Shown: positions 38,617-49,182, counted from the first letter of the stretch. The stretch is 64,000 nt of DNA from Rhizobium sp. Q54 (GCA_943369795.1 CALROO020000016.1:11104-75103); one strand, 5' to 3'. Numbers and translations are program-made. Notes: generated by a model from the letters alone, not told the origin.

Positions 38617-39255
38617 ATGAAATTCCTGACGCTTGTCAGCATCGTCGCCCTGATCTGGCTGATCGGCCTGTTCGCCTTCGCGGACCGGGTGCGCAGCCTG
38701 ACGCCCGCGCCCGAGCCCGCGCGCGCCGATGCCATCGTGGCCCTGACCGGCCCTTCGGCCGAAAGGGTCAATACCGCCATCCGCCTGCTGGAACAGGGCA
38801 AGGGCGATCGGGTGCTGATCTCGGGCGTCAACCGCGAGGTCCGTCGCCAGGAACTGCGTGCCCTGACGCCGGGCTCCAGCCGCCTGTTCAACTGCTGCGT
38901 CGATCTGGGGTTCGAGGCCACAGACACCATCGGCAATGCCCAGGAGATCGCCAACTGGGCGCGGTCCAAGGGCTATGACGACCTGATCGTGGTCACCTCC
39001 GACTACCATATGCCGCGCGCCCTGCTGGAGATCCGGGGCGTCGCGCCGGGCGTCGGCCTGACCCCCTATGCGGTCTCCACCCCGTCGCTCGACAATTCGC
39101 GCTGGTGGCGCGCGGCGGAGACGGCGCGGCGGATGACGCTGGAGTATGTCAAATACCTTGCCGTGCTGGGTCGCGAGGGCGTGCGCCGGATCAGCGGCGA
39201 CCGGATCGGCGGGCCGCAGCCGCCCCCGGAGCCGAGCCCGGCTGAGGCGGGCTGA
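38617..39255 (+). CDS. YdcF (DUF218) family protein
   Basis: DAIVALTG, LISG, DTIGNA, VVTSDYHMPRA, EYVKY. Confidence 0.88.
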   Translation: MKFLTLVSIVALIWLIGLFAFADRVRSLTPAPEPARADAIVALTGPSAERVNTAIRLLEQGKGDRVLISGVNREVRRQELRALTPGSSRLFNCCVDLGFEATDTIGNAQEIANWARSKGYDDLIVVTSDYHMPRALLEIRGVAPGVGLTPYAVSTPSLDNSRWWRAAETARRMTLEYVKYLAVLGREGVRRISGDRIGGPQPPPEPSPAEAG

Positions 39256-39959
39256 TGGTCACGATCCGCTCCCTGATCTTCGTGGTCTGGCTCTATCTGT
39301 CGATGGCCATCTTCGCCGTGGGCATGTCGCCGGCCCTGCTGATGCCCCACCCCTATGCGATGGGGGTGATCAAGGCCTGGGCCCGGTTCATCCTGTTCGG
39401 CCTTCGCTGGATCGCGGGCGTGAAGGTCGAGTTCCGAGGTCTGGAGCACCGTCCGCTGGGACCGGCCCTGGTCGCCTGCAAGCACCAGTGCATGCTGGAC
39501 ATCATCATTCCCTTCGTGGCGCTGAGAGATCCCTGCATCATCGCCAAACAGGAGCTGATGCCGATCCCCTTCTTCGGCTGGTTCGCGAAGAAAACGAAGA
39601 TGATCGCCATCGACCGCTCGGCCCACGCCAAGGCGCTGAAGGACATGGTGCGTCAGACCCGCGACCGGGCCGCCGAGGGTCGCCAGATCTGGATCTTCCC
39701 CGAAGGCACCCGCGCCGAACCCGGCACGCCGCCCGACTACAAGCCCGGGGTCATGGCCCTGTACCGCGAACTGGCCGGGCCGTGCTGGCCGGTGGCCACC
39801 AACGCTGGGGTTCACTGGCCGCCGCATGGCTTCCGTCGGTATCCGGGGACGATCGTCTATGAATTCCTGCCGCCGATCGAGGCTGGCCTGAAGCGCGAGC
39901 CCTTCATGGCCACGCTTGAAGCCCGGATCGAAGCGGCCTCGGATGCCCTGCTAATCTAG
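39255..39959 (+). CDS. Lysophospholipid acyltransferase (PlsC-like)
   Basis: KHQCMLD (HX4D) and IFPEGTR motifs. Confidence 0.9.
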   Translation: MVTIRSLIFVVWLYLSMAIFAVGMSPALLMPHPYAMGVIKAWARFILFGLRWIAGVKVEFRGLEHRPLGPALVACKHQCMLDIIIPFVALRDPCIIAKQELMPIPFFGWFAKKTKMIAIDRSAHAKALKDMVRQTRDRAAEGRQIWIFPEGTRAEPGTPPDYKPGVMALYRELAGPCWPVATNAGVHWPPHGFRRYPGTIVYEFLPPIEAGLKREPFMATLEARIEAASDALLI

Positions 39960-40076
39960 GACTTCCTTAGAAATTTCGGACCGTCCACAGAACACGTAAT
40001 CGATCCCCGACGACAATGACGCTTAAGCGGCATCATGGGCGCGAATCGAGCGCACAACCTCACTGTCGCTGACACG

Positions 40077-40104
40077 AAAAACCCGTCGACCATTGGCCGA
40101 CGGG
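40077..40104 (-). terminator. Intrinsic terminator (hisC operon or sRNA)
   Basis: CCCGTCGGCCA-A-TGGTCGACGGG-TTTTT on the minus strand. Confidence 0.7.
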
Positions 40105-40254
40105 CTGCATCCGGAGAAGCGGCTGGCTCCGCGGGCCGGCGGAGGGGCCACGAACCCCTCCGCCGGTTAGGTCACACTGGCTCAGTGCTGCATCCTCATC
40201 AATAGTTATCGCGGACGACCGCTTTTGAGTCTGTGGATCGCTTCAACCCAGCTT

Positions 40255-41361
40255 TCAGGTCGCCGCGAATTCGCTGAGCGCGTCGATCACCGCGCGGTTC
40301 TGGTCCTCGGTGCCGATGGTGATGCGCAGGCCGTCGTGGATGCCATAGCCGCCGACCGGACGGACGATGATGCCCATTGAATTCAGATAATCGTTCGCGG
40401 CGGAGGCTGTGCGTTTGCCGTCCTTGAACAGCACCAGAACGAAATTGCCCGCGCTGGGCAGGACGTCGAAGCCGAAGCCCCGGATGGCCTGGGTCAGACG
40501 GGGCCCCCAGGACTGGACCAGATCGCGCGAGGCCGTCTGGTGCGCCTCGTCTGCCAGGGCGGCGGTGGCGGCGTCCAGCCCCGGCACCGAGACGTTGAAC
40601 GGCAGGCGGATACGATCGACGGCCTCGGCCACCGCCACCGGCGCATAGCCGAATCCCACGCGCAGTCCTCCCAACCCGTGGATCTTGGAGAACGTCCGCG
40701 TGACGACGATGTTCGCCGCGTCGCGCGCCAGCGGGAAGCTGGTCTCCCAGTCGGCCTCGGTGACGAACTCGGCATAGGCTTCGTCCACGACCAGCAGAAT
40801 GTGGGCAGGCAGGGCGGCGTGCAGGCGGCGGATTTCCTCGCCGGTATTGTAGCTGCCGGTCGGATTCGACGGGTTGGAGACATAGACGATCTTCGTCCGG
40901 TCATCGACCTGTTCCAGCAGGGCATCGACCTCGGCCTTGTAGCCCGGTTCGGGGGCCAGCTTGACCTGGGCCTCGCAGCCAAGGGCCGAGATCCGGTAGG
41001 CTAGGAAGCCGTACTGGCCGGTGACGATATTGTCGCCGGGGGACAGATAGGTCTGGTTCAGCAGGGCGAAGACCTCGTCCGAGCCGTTGCCGAAGATCAG
41101 CCGCTCGGGCTCCAGTCCGTGCTTGTCGGCGACCGCGTCACGCAGTTTCGAGGCCCGTCCGTCGGGATAGATGGCGATGTTCTTCAACGCGGCGCTAAAC
41201 GCTTCCCGTGCCTTTTCGCCCGCACCCAGGGCATTCTCGTTCGACGACAGCTTCATCGGCTCGGCGATGCCGGCGATGGCCGACTTGCCGCCGACATAGG
41301 GGGCGATATCGAGGATGCCGGGCTTGGGCGCGGGGCCGGTCGCGGATGCGGCGTCGGTCAT
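40255..41361 (-). CDS. hisC: Histidinol-phosphate aminotransferase
   Basis: KLSSNEN, GNGSDE, NPSNPTG, DEAY, RTFSKIHGLGGLRVG. Confidence 0.95.
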   Translation of the reverse strand: MTDAASATGPAPKPGILDIAPYVGGKSAIAGIAEPMKLSSNENALGAGEKAREAFSAALKNIAIYPDGRASKLRDAVADKHGLEPERLIFGNGSDEVFALLNQTYLSPGDNIVTGQYGFLAYRISALGCEAQVKLAPEPGYKAEVDALLEQVDDRTKIVYVSNPSNPTGSYNTGEEIRRLHAALPAHILLVVDEAYAEFVTEADWETSFPLARDAANIVVTRTFSKIHGLGGLRVGFGYAPVAVAEAVDRIRLPFNVSVPGLDAATAALADEAHQTASRDLVQSWGPRLTQAIRGFGFDVLPSAGNFVLVLFKDGKRTASAANDYLNSMGIIVRPVGGYGIHDGLRITIGTEDQNRAVIDALSEFAAT

Positions 41362-41377
41362 GGGAATCCCTCGAAAA

Positions 41378-42064
41378 TCAGAATACGGGCGCGGCGCCGA
41401 TGACGCCCTTCAGGGTACCGGGAGCCGTCGCCAGCCGCCCGTCCTCGGCCTGCACATAGCCCGCCAGCATGAACAGCTTCAACCCACCCGCCGCATGCAG
41501 CAGCGTCGCGCTTAGTCCGGCCTGGGCCAGGGCCTCGATGATGCCGACCTCCGAGCCCGAAGCGTCGGTGACCCAGAAGGTCCGGTCGTCGCCAGTCGGG
41601 CCGGACGGTTTCAGTGACACCATCAGCGCGCGTGGCCGCCCCAGCGTATCGTCGGGCAGGGCCGCAATGACCCGCACGTCCGGCATGGCCAGCAGCCGCC
41701 CCCACCAGGGTCGCGGCGTCGCCAGATCGATTACCGCCCGGCCGCCGACGCGGGTCTGGGCCAGGGCCTCGTCCGGCTCGGTCACGACCTTGACCGTCAC
41801 GCCGAACCGCTCCGCCGCCAGCATGGCCGACGCCGGTCCACAGGCGACGATCGCTCCGCCCGCCGCCGCCTCCACCCGGCCCAGCACCGCCTTGACGACG
41901 CGCGCCGACGACCGGTCGACCCCCTCGGCCAGCAGGGCGCGCAGAGCGATGGCGTCCGCGTCCGGCCCTGTCCGCGTCCCGGCCTGAAGCCGCGCGCTGA
42001 CCGCCTCGACCACCGCCCTGTCCAGGGCCAGCAGACGGTCGTCGCTCTCAGGTTCCACCAGCAT
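41378..42064 (-). CDS. Chorismate mutase-like protein (degenerate N-terminal domain)
   Basis: Occupies the position upstream of hisC; LLALDRAVVEAVSARL echoes AroQ helix 1; PWWGRLL...VIAALP C-terminal region. Confidence 0.55.
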   Translation of the reverse strand: MLVEPESDDRLLALDRAVVEAVSARLQAGTRTGPDADAIALRALLAEGVDRSSARVVKAVLGRVEAAAGGAIVACGPASAMLAAERFGVTVKVVTEPDEALAQTRVGGRAVIDLATPRPWWGRLLAMPDVRVIAALPDDTLGRPRALMVSLKPSGPTGDDRTFWVTDASGSEVGIIEALAQAGLSATLLHAAGGLKLFMLAGYVQAEDGRLATAPGTLKGVIGAAPVF

Positions 42065-43158
42065 CAGAACAGCTTCGGTGCCGGAGCCAGGGCGAACGGC
42101 CCCAGGAAGGTCCGCCCGTCGCGGAACACCAGCGTCAGATCGACGTCATCGCGGCCCCCCGCGACACCCTGCGCCGCCGAGGCCGCCGCCGCTCCCGCCG
42201 CTCCGACCGGATTGACGCCCGCCCCGCCCGATCGCGCGAGACCGGCCAGGGCCGACAGCGGCTGTTCGGCGCGCAAAGCGACCGTCCCCTGCAACCGGCC
42301 CTCGGCATTGGCCGACAGCACGTCGCTGGACACCGTCGCCTTGCTTTCTCCGGCGGCGATCTCGCCGCGCGTGTTCAGGAACCGGCCGCCCGATGCCGTC
42401 CAGGCCGCGAAGATGCCCGCCGAATCCGCGCCGCGCAGGCGGCTGGCATCGTCGATCACGGTCTCGATCTGGGCGGTCAACTTGCCGTTCTGGGCCATGC
42501 CCTGCACCGGCCCGCCACGCCGTCCCTCGGCATCGATCAGCCGCAACAGGACATCGACGCTGTCCGGACCCGGCGTCAGCCGCGTCGCCGCATCGGCAGG
42601 CGTCGCAACGCCCTCGGCAGGTCCGAGGTGCGGTCGCAGATAGAACTCGACCCGACCTGCGCGCGATATCGGGAACTCCTCCGCCCCGTCATGGGCGGTG
42701 AAGACTGGCTCGACCATCTCGACCGCGATGTTGGGGTAGGTCTGGGTCAGGCCATGGATACTGGCCCGCAGCGCCTCGCCGCGAATGCCGACCTTGCCCT
42801 TGGCCGCGCGGGTCAGGGTCAGGCCGTCGGGGGCCAGCACCACCCATTTCGTCGGCGCATATGCATTGGCCTCGGCCACCAGAACCGGCGCGGCCAGGGC
42901 ATGGGTGGATGGCGCGGCGATCGAGACATGCTGCATCTCCACCCGCGTCCGGAATGGCCAGCCGGTGGTTGCTAGGTCGGAATAGGCCACGGTCCATCCC
43001 GCCTGTCTCAGGCTCGCGACCTGGGTCTCCAGCCGCTGCTCGACCTGCGACGCCAGCCAGAACCACCAGCCAGTCCAGACCGCCAGCACGATCCCGACCA
43101 GAATGAAGGGCACGAACAGCCCGGCGCGGCTGTGCTTCTTGGGGACAGTGTCAGTCAT
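42064..43158 (-). CDS. DUF2125 domain protein
   Basis: N-terminal TM ...WTGWWFW, GWPFR, C-terminal GPFALAPAPKLF. Confidence 0.8.
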   Translation of the reverse strand: MTDTVPKKHSRAGLFVPFILVGIVLAVWTGWWFWLASQVEQRLETQVASLRQAGWTVAYSDLATTGWPFRTRVEMQHVSIAAPSTHALAAPVLVAEANAYAPTKWVVLAPDGLTLTRAAKGKVGIRGEALRASIHGLTQTYPNIAVEMVEPVFTAHDGAEEFPISRAGRVEFYLRPHLGPAEGVATPADAATRLTPGPDSVDVLLRLIDAEGRRGGPVQGMAQNGKLTAQIETVIDDASRLRGADSAGIFAAWTASGGRFLNTRGEIAAGESKATVSSDVLSANAEGRLQGTVALRAEQPLSALAGLARSGGAGVNPVGAAGAAAASAAQGVAGGRDDVDLTLVFRDGRTFLGPFALAPAPKLF

Positions 43159-43253
43159 GGGCGTCCTGTTACAGCAGGCAGAGGTCGAAAAGAACGCCTC
43201 AGAGCGCCGTGTGATCGCCGATACGGAATCGCACAAAGAAGGACGACGGTTTC

Positions 43254-43278
43254 GCAACCCCGGACCGCGATCCGCGTT
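43254..43278 (+). promoter_or_regulatory. SigT-like promoter
   Basis: GCAAC-N16-CGTT, 32 bp upstream of a small lipoprotein gene. Confidence 0.5.
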
Positions 43279-43310
43279 TACGGCCAAGGTTCAATCGGAG
43301 GACAAAGCCC

Positions 43311-43616
43311 ATGATCACTCGCAATCGCTCCATCCTGGCACTCGCTGCCGTCGCCTCCCTGACACTGGCCACCGCCGCCTGCAATGAAGCCGAACAAGAC
43401 GCCGCCCAGGCGGACGTCAACGAGGCCGCCGCCGACACCGGCGCAGCGGCGGAGGAGGCAGGTGCGGCTCTGAAGGAAGAGGCTGCCCAGGTCGGCTCTG
43501 CCATCTCCGCCGGGGCCAGCGAGGCCGCACAGGAAATCGACGAAGCCACCGACGACCTTGCGCGCGAAGCCAACGAACAGAAGGCCGAGACCGCGTCCGA
43601 CGCCCAGAGCAACTGA
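43311..43616 (+). CDS. Small acidic Ala/Glu-rich lipoprotein
   Basis: GGAGG RBS; lipobox TAAC; helical acidic body. Confidence 0.85.
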   Translation: MITRNRSILALAAVASLTLATAACNEAEQDAAQADVNEAAADTGAAAEEAGAALKEEAAQVGSAISAGASEAAQEIDEATDDLAREANEQKAETASDAQSN

Positions 43617-43636
43617 CGCCAGCCCCGATCCCGACC

Positions 43637-43668
43637 ATCGCCCGCCGGTTTCGACCGGCGGGCGATTT
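43637..43668 (+). terminator. Hairpin terminator between convergent genes
   Basis: ATCGCCCGCCGGT-TTCG-ACCGGCGGGCGAT. Confidence 0.7.
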
Positions 43669-43677
43669 CGTGCGCGG

Positions 43678-44715
43678 TCAGCCGCAGGCGGCGGCGCGCA
43701 GAAGTTCGATCGACAACCCCTCGCCCCGCCAGATCTCGCCGAAATTCACCCGGCGGTCGTTCGCATACAGCACCACCGCGACGTTCCGGTCCGGCAGCAG
43801 GAAGTTCCGCACCTGCACCCCATTGATCTCGCCATAGCGTTCGACCAGCTGCGTCTTGCCCAGACATCCTTTCAGATCCGGCTCGTATGACCAGACGCTG
43901 AGCGCGGCATAGCCCGAAGCCGGATCGCCCTTCAGCATCTCGGCTTTTGACGCTTCCGAAATCAGCCGACCCGACATCAGGGCGTTATCGATGGCCAGCA
44001 GGTCGGCGGTCGTCCCGTACAGGCCGCCGGAGGGTCCGAAGGCGGTCGGCAGGGAGGGGTCTTCGCGTGTCGTGGCGTCCATATAGCCCTCGACGACGGG
44101 CGTATTTGGCATCGAGAGGATCACGCCGATCGGGGCCAGCCGTTGGTTGACCAGCGTCAGGAATGCGGTCCCCGTCACCGCCTCCAGCGCCTCGCCCAGG
44201 ATGATGGTGTCGCAATTGTTGTAGAGAAACACCGCGCCCGGCTCGGCGGCGGACTTGCGGCAATGCTCCAGGATGTCGGCAATCTTGCCGTCCGCGCCGG
44301 GCACCGAGAAATCCGCCTGTTCGGCCAGACCGGACCGATGGGCCAGCAACTGACGCACCGTGATCCGGTCGGCATTCTCGACGCCCGATCCGGCCAGATA
44401 GGTCGCGACCGGCGTGTCCAGCGCCATGGTGCCGCGATCGACCTCTTGGAGCACCAAGATGGCCGTGATCATCTTGGACACCGAGGCATAGCGGAAGGTC
44501 TCGCCGACGACATGTGGGGCATTGGCGTCCCGGTCGCGCAGACCATAGGCGGCGGAATGGACCGTCACGCCGTCTCGCGACACGGCGACCAGACCGGCAT
44601 ATTCGGGAACGGTGGTGATCACGGCGTCGACGGCCGCCAGCCGGGGCGGCGGTGCCTCGACCGTGGCGCAGCCAGCGACAAGGAACAGAAGAGCGGCGGC
44701 GATCAGGCTTCGCAT
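43678..44715 (-). CDS. Serine hydrolase (beta-lactamase/AmpC-like family) lipoprotein
   Basis: Lipobox VAGC; ASVSK (SxxK), LLAHRSG, YNN. Confidence 0.88.
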   Translation of the reverse strand: MRSLIAAALLFLVAGCATVEAPPPRLAAVDAVITTVPEYAGLVAVSRDGVTVHSAAYGLRDRDANAPHVVGETFRYASVSKMITAILVLQEVDRGTMALDTPVATYLAGSGVENADRITVRQLLAHRSGLAEQADFSVPGADGKIADILEHCRKSAAEPGAVFLYNNCDTIILGEALEAVTGTAFLTLVNQRLAPIGVILSMPNTPVVEGYMDATTREDPSLPTAFGPSGGLYGTTADLLAIDNALMSGRLISEASKAEMLKGDPASGYAALSVWSYEPDLKGCLGKTQLVERYGEINGVQVRNFLLPDRNVAVVLYANDRRVNFGEIWRGEGLSIELLRAAACG

Positions 44716-44843
44716 GGCGAGGTCCGGAGCAGGGCCGACCGCGCGGCACCGGTAGGGTGTTTCGATCGATCAGGGTTCGACGATGCCCGTCGTCCGACGA
44801 TCCGGCAATGCGGGTTCGGGCGGTCCGCTCGAGGCAATATGTC

Positions 44844-45464
44844 TCAGGGCTTCGAGGGTCGGCCCGGCTCGGCCAGCATCGCGTCGATCAAGGCGCGGGC
44901 CTCCGGTCCCGACCAGTCCGCACCGCCGGTCAGGGTCGCCCGGACGCGGCCCTGGCGGTCCAGCAGGATGGTCTGAGGCATGCCGCCCTTTCCGCCGAAC
45001 TCGAACGGCAGTTGGAAGGTGGGGTCGTTGTAGAAGGGCAGAGGCGGGTGGCCGTCGATGAAGGTGACGGCCTTGTCGCGCGCATCGGCGACATCGACGC
45101 TGATCGGCAGGACGACCACGTCCCGCGTGTCGCGATAGTTCCGGGCCAGGGCCGCCAGCGTCGGCATCTCGGCCAGACAGGGCGCGCACCAGGTGGCCCA
45201 CAGATTGACGATCACGACCTTGCCCCGGAACGCCGACAGCCGGGTCTCGGTGCCGTCGCGCGTCAGGAAGGGCCGGTCGGTCGCCGGTTCAATCGTCTCG
45301 GGGATCGCCAGCGCGGCCATCTCCCCGGTCGCGAAATGGGCCAGACCGGCGTCTGAGGCTTTGCCCGCGCCCGCCTGTTGTGCGTAGAACCACGCGGCGA
45401 CTGCGACGCCCGCGACCGCCAACACCGCCACTCCCGCCCAGACCGTCCTTTTCGAGCCGCTCAT
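44844..45464 (-). CDS. TlpA family thiol:disulfide oxidoreductase
   Basis: N-terminal TM; [14 protein letters not shown]; GMPQTILLD. Confidence 0.9.
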   Translation of the reverse strand: MSGSKRTVWAGVAVLAVAGVAVAAWFYAQQAGAGKASDAGLAHFATGEMAALAIPETIEPATDRPFLTRDGTETRLSAFRGKVVIVNLWATWCAPCLAEMPTLAALARNYRDTRDVVVLPISVDVADARDKAVTFIDGHPPLPFYNDPTFQLPFEFGGKGGMPQTILLDRQGRVRATLTGGADWSGPEARALIDAMLAEPGRPSKP

Positions 45465-46869
45465 GTCATCCTCTTCCGACGCCGCGCCGTCCGGCCAGTC
45501 TCTATGGGGCGGGCGGTTCTCGGCCAAGCCCGCCGACATCATGCAGGCCATCAATGTGTCGATCGGCGTCGACAGACGCCTGTGGGCGCAGGACCTGGCG
45601 GGCTCGCGGGCCCATTGCCGCATGCTGATTGCCCAGGGGATCATCACGGCGGACGACGGCGCGGCGATCCTGGGCGGGCTCGACACCATCGAAGGCGAGA
45701 TCGTCGGCGGCACCTTCCCCTTCCGCGACCAGTACGAAGACATCCACATGAATGTGGAGGCCCGGTTGGCCGAGCTGATCGGCGAGCCGTCCGGGCGGCT
45801 GCACACGGCGCGCAGCCGCAACGACCAGGTCGCGACCGATTTCCGTCTGTGGGTCCGCGACGCCTGCGACCGTACCGTGGCGCAACTGCAAGACCTCCAA
45901 CGCGCCCTGCTGATCCGCGCCGAGCAGCATGCGGGCGATCTGATGCCCGGATTCACCCATCTGCAGACCGCCCAGCCGGTGACCTTCGGTCACCACCTGA
46001 TGGCCTATGTCGAGATGGCCGGTCGTGACGCCAGCCGGTTCGCCGACGCCCGAGCCCGCATGAACGAGAACCCGCTGGGGGCCGCGGCCCTGGCCGGTTC
46101 GCCGTTCCCGATCGACCGCCATGCGACGGCGACGGAACTGGGTTTCGACCACCCAATGGCCAACAGTCTGGACGCCGTGTCCGATCGCGATTTCGCGCTG
46201 GAGACCCTGGCCGCCGCCTCGATCTGTGCCGGGCATCTGTCGCGGCTGGCCGAGGAGATCGTGGTCTGGATGACGCCGATGTTCGGCTTCGTCACATTGC
46301 CCGACGACCTGACCACCGGCTCGTCGATCATGCCGCAGAAGCGCAACCCCGACGCCGCCGAACTGGTCCGGGCCAAGACCGGGCGCGTCATCGGTGCCTT
46401 CGTCGCCCTGTCCACCCTGATGAAGGGCCTGCCGCTGGCCTATTCCAAGGACATGCAGGAGGACAAGCCGCCGGTATTCGAGGCGATGGATGCGCTGGAC
46501 CTGGCCCTGACGGCGATGACGGCCATGGTCGCGGCACTGCGCCCCAACACGGAAAAGATGCGGGCGGCGGCGGGTGCGGGCTATTCGACCGCCACCGATC
46601 TGGCCGACTGGCTGGTGCGCGAGCTGAACCTGCCGTTCCGCAAGGCGCACCACGTGACCGGGGCGGCGGTGAAGCGGGCGGAGGCCCTGGGCGTGGATCT
46701 GGCGCAACTGCCGCTGTCCGAGTTGCAATCGCTTGAACCCGGCGTCACCGAAGCGGTTTATAAGGTACTGACCCCCGAGGCCTCCTGCGCCAGTCGCCAG
46801 AGCTTCGGCGGCACCGCGCCGGAACAGGTCCGGATGCGCATCGCAGAATGGAAGACGCGTCTCGGATGA
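45463..46869 (+). CDS. argH: Argininosuccinate lyase
   Basis: [36 protein letters not shown]. Confidence 0.97.
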   Translation: MSSSSDAAPSGQSLWGGRFSAKPADIMQAINVSIGVDRRLWAQDLAGSRAHCRMLIAQGIITADDGAAILGGLDTIEGEIVGGTFPFRDQYEDIHMNVEARLAELIGEPSGRLHTARSRNDQVATDFRLWVRDACDRTVAQLQDLQRALLIRAEQHAGDLMPGFTHLQTAQPVTFGHHLMAYVEMAGRDASRFADARARMNENPLGAAALAGSPFPIDRHATATELGFDHPMANSLDAVSDRDFALETLAAASICAGHLSRLAEEIVVWMTPMFGFVTLPDDLTTGSSIMPQKRNPDAAELVRAKTGRVIGAFVALSTLMKGLPLAYSKDMQEDKPPVFEAMDALDLALTAMTAMVAALRPNTEKMRAAAGAGYSTATDLADWLVRELNLPFRKAHHVTGAAVKRAEALGVDLAQLPLSELQSLEPGVTEAVYKVLTPEASCASRQSFGGTAPEQVRMRIAEWKTRLG

Positions 46870-47105
46870 AAACCCTGATCACCGCGGGCGCGCTCGCCCT
46901 TCTCGCCGTCTCCGCAGCCGCCTGCGGGCGGATGGCCGATCTGGAGGCTCCGCAGCCTCGCGAGACCGAACGCGCACCGCGCTCGGCCTCCGATCCCAAG
47001 CTGCCCGACCCGGCGACCATCAACCGGCCGTCCAGTCAGCAACCGATCGACGGTGGCCCGACCAACCCGTTCGGTGGCCGCGCTGCCGACCGCGAGCCGC
47101 AGTAG
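46866..47105 (+). CDS. Small lipoprotein between argH and lysA
   Basis: ATGA overlap with the argH stop; lipobox AAACG; conserved argH-lipoprotein-lysA order. Confidence 0.8.
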   Translation: MKTLITAGALALLAVSAAACGRMADLEAPQPRETERAPRSASDPKLPDPATINRPSSQQPIDGGPTNPFGGRAADREPQ

Positions 47106-48383
47106 TTGAACCATTTCGATCTGATCGACGGCGTCCTCCACGCCGAGAGCGTGCCCCTGCCCGTCCTGGCCGAACAGGTTGGGACACCGGTCTATGTCTA
47201 TTCGACCACGACGCTGGAGCGGCACTATCGGGTGCTGAGCGAGGCCGTGGCCGAACACCAGGACGCCTTGGGCGACGCTCTGATCGCCTTCGCGGTCAAG
47301 GCCAATTCGAATGTCTCGGTGCTGGCCACCCTGGCCCGGCTGGGCTGCGGGGCCGACACGGTGTCGGAGGGCGAGATTCGGCGGGCGCTCAAAGCGGGCA
47401 TTCCGGCGAACCGGATCATATTCTCCGGCGTCGGCAAGACCGATGCCGAACTGGCCTATGCGATCTCGGTTGGTGTCCGCCAGATCAATGTCGAGAGCCC
47501 GTCCGAGCTGGATCGGCTGATCGCCGTCGCCGACCGGGCCGGGGCCTGTCCCGACATCGCCATCCGCGTGAACCCCAAGGTCGGGGCCGGTGGCCACGCC
47601 AAGATCACCACCGGCGGCGAGGGCGACAAATTTGGCATCCCGGCGGACGAGGCCCTGGCCCTCTATGCCCACGCCTCGGCCTCACCCCATGTCACGCCAG
47701 TGGGACTGGCCTGTCATATCGGCAGCCAGATCACCGACCTGGGCCCTCTGGAGGCGGCGTTCGGCCTGCTGCGCCGGATGACCCTGACCCTGCGCGAGCA
47801 AGGTCTGAGCGTGACCCGACTCGATCTCGGCGGCGGCTTGGGCGTGCCCTACGAGGGCGGTGCGCCCACGGCCTCGCCCGCGGATTATGTCGCCATGTCG
47901 GCACGGGTGCTGAACGGGTTGGACGTGGAGGCGGCGTTCGAGCCGGGGCGGCTGCTGGCCGCCAATGCCGGCATCCTGCTCAGCCGGGTGATCCAGATCA
48001 CCGAGCGGGCGGATGGACGACGGTTCCTGGTGCTGGACGCGGCCATGAACGACCTCATTCGCCCGGCCATGTACGACGCCTTCCACGAGGTCGTGCCGGT
48101 CGCGCCGCGCGCGGGCGAACCCGTGCGCTACGACATCGTCGGCCCGGTCTGCGAGACCGGCGACACCTTCGCTCGCGACCGCGCGATGGCACCGCTCCAG
48201 CCTGGCGATCTGGTCGCCTTCACCGGGGCAGGGGCTTACGGCGCGGTGATGTCCAGCGAGTACAACACCCGGCCGCTGGTGCCCGAAGTGCTGGTCTCAA
48301 ACGAAAACTGGGCCGTGGTGCGACCACGGCCCAGTTATGAAGAGATGCTGGCCCGCGAACCCGTTGCGGACTGGCTGGCCTAG
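47106..48383 (+). CDS. lysA: Diaminopimelate decarboxylase
   Basis: FAVKAN, HIGSQ, DLGGG, EPGR, GPVCETGD, GAYG. Confidence 0.96.
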   Translation: MNHFDLIDGVLHAESVPLPVLAEQVGTPVYVYSTTTLERHYRVLSEAVAEHQDALGDALIAFAVKANSNVSVLATLARLGCGADTVSEGEIRRALKAGIPANRIIFSGVGKTDAELAYAISVGVRQINVESPSELDRLIAVADRAGACPDIAIRVNPKVGAGGHAKITTGGEGDKFGIPADEALALYAHASASPHVTPVGLACHIGSQITDLGPLEAAFGLLRRMTLTLREQGLSVTRLDLGGGLGVPYEGGAPTASPADYVAMSARVLNGLDVEAAFEPGRLLAANAGILLSRVIQITERADGRRFLVLDAAMNDLIRPAMYDAFHEVVPVAPRAGEPVRYDIVGPVCETGDTFARDRAMAPLQPGDLVAFTGAGAYGAVMSSEYNTRPLVPEVLVSNENWAVVRPRPSYEEMLAREPVADWLA

Positions 48384-48387
48384 GTTC

Positions 48388-49182
48388 TTATGCCGCTTCC
48401 TTCTGGCGCGAAGGATGGAAGAAGAGGGCCTGGCTGATCGCCGCCTTGACCGTTTCCGGCTGGAACGGCTTGGTGATCAGGAAGGTCGGCTCCGGACGCT
48501 CGCCCGTCAGCAGCCGCTCCGGGAAGGCAGTGATGAAGATCACCGGCACGTCGAACCGCTTCAGGATGTCCTTGACCGCATCGATGCCCGACGATCCGTC
48601 GGCCAGCTGGATGTCGGCGAGGACCAAGCCGGGCTTGTGACGCGCCACGGCATCCACGGCCTCGTCATGGGTCGTCGCCGTTCCGGTGACGTTATGACCC
48701 AGTTCGCGAACCAGGCTCTCGATGTCGGCCGAGATGATCGCCTCGTCCTCGATGATCAGGACGTCGGTGGCCAGTTCAGCGTCGATCTCGCTCTGGGCCG
48801 AGCCGATCAGCCGCTCGACCTCATGGGCATCCGCCCCAAGAATCTGGGCGGCCTCGGACGGCGTGAAGCCTTCCAGGGCGGTCAGCAGGAAGGCCTGACG
48901 CGAGCGTGGGGCGATCCGCATCAGGCGGCGCGACGCATCGTCGGCGGCCTCCATGCCGCTGGTGTCTTCCAGTCGGGCTCCGGTCGAGGCCCAGATGGTA
49001 TGAAAAACATGGTACAGCGCAACGCGCGGCGTCATGTCGGCGGGCAGCTGCCGCTCGCCGGCGGCCAGGGCCTCAAGTGCGACGCGGACATAGTTGTCGC
49101 CAGTGGCCTGATCGCCGGTCAGGGCGCGAGCGTAGCGACGGACGTAGGGCAGATGCGGCGCAAGCCGGGCCAGAAGGCTCAT
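48388..49182 (-). CDS. phyR: Anti-anti-sigma response regulator PhyR
   Basis: N-terminal sigma-like domain (LPYVRRYARALTG) plus receiver domain (IEDE, ADIQLADGSSG, PEPTFLITKPF). Confidence 0.96.
   Translation of the reverse strand: MSLLARLAPHLPYVRRYARALTGDQATGDNYVRVALEALAAGERQLPADMTPRVALYHVFHTIWASTGARLEDTSGMEAADDASRRLMRIAPRSRQAFLLTALEGFTPSEAAQILGADAHEVERLIGSAQSEIDAELATDVLIIEDEAIISADIESLVRELGHNVTGTATTHDEAVDAVARHKPGLVLADIQLADGSSGIDAVKDILKRFDVPVIFITAFPERLLTGERPEPTFLITKPFQPETVKAAISQALFFHPSRQKEAA

Noticed and set aside
43678-44715. Serine hydrolase as an acquired beta-lactam resistance gene
   Set aside because: SxxK/YxN family membership alone does not show beta-lactamase activity. Codon usage is host-like and there is no mobile context.
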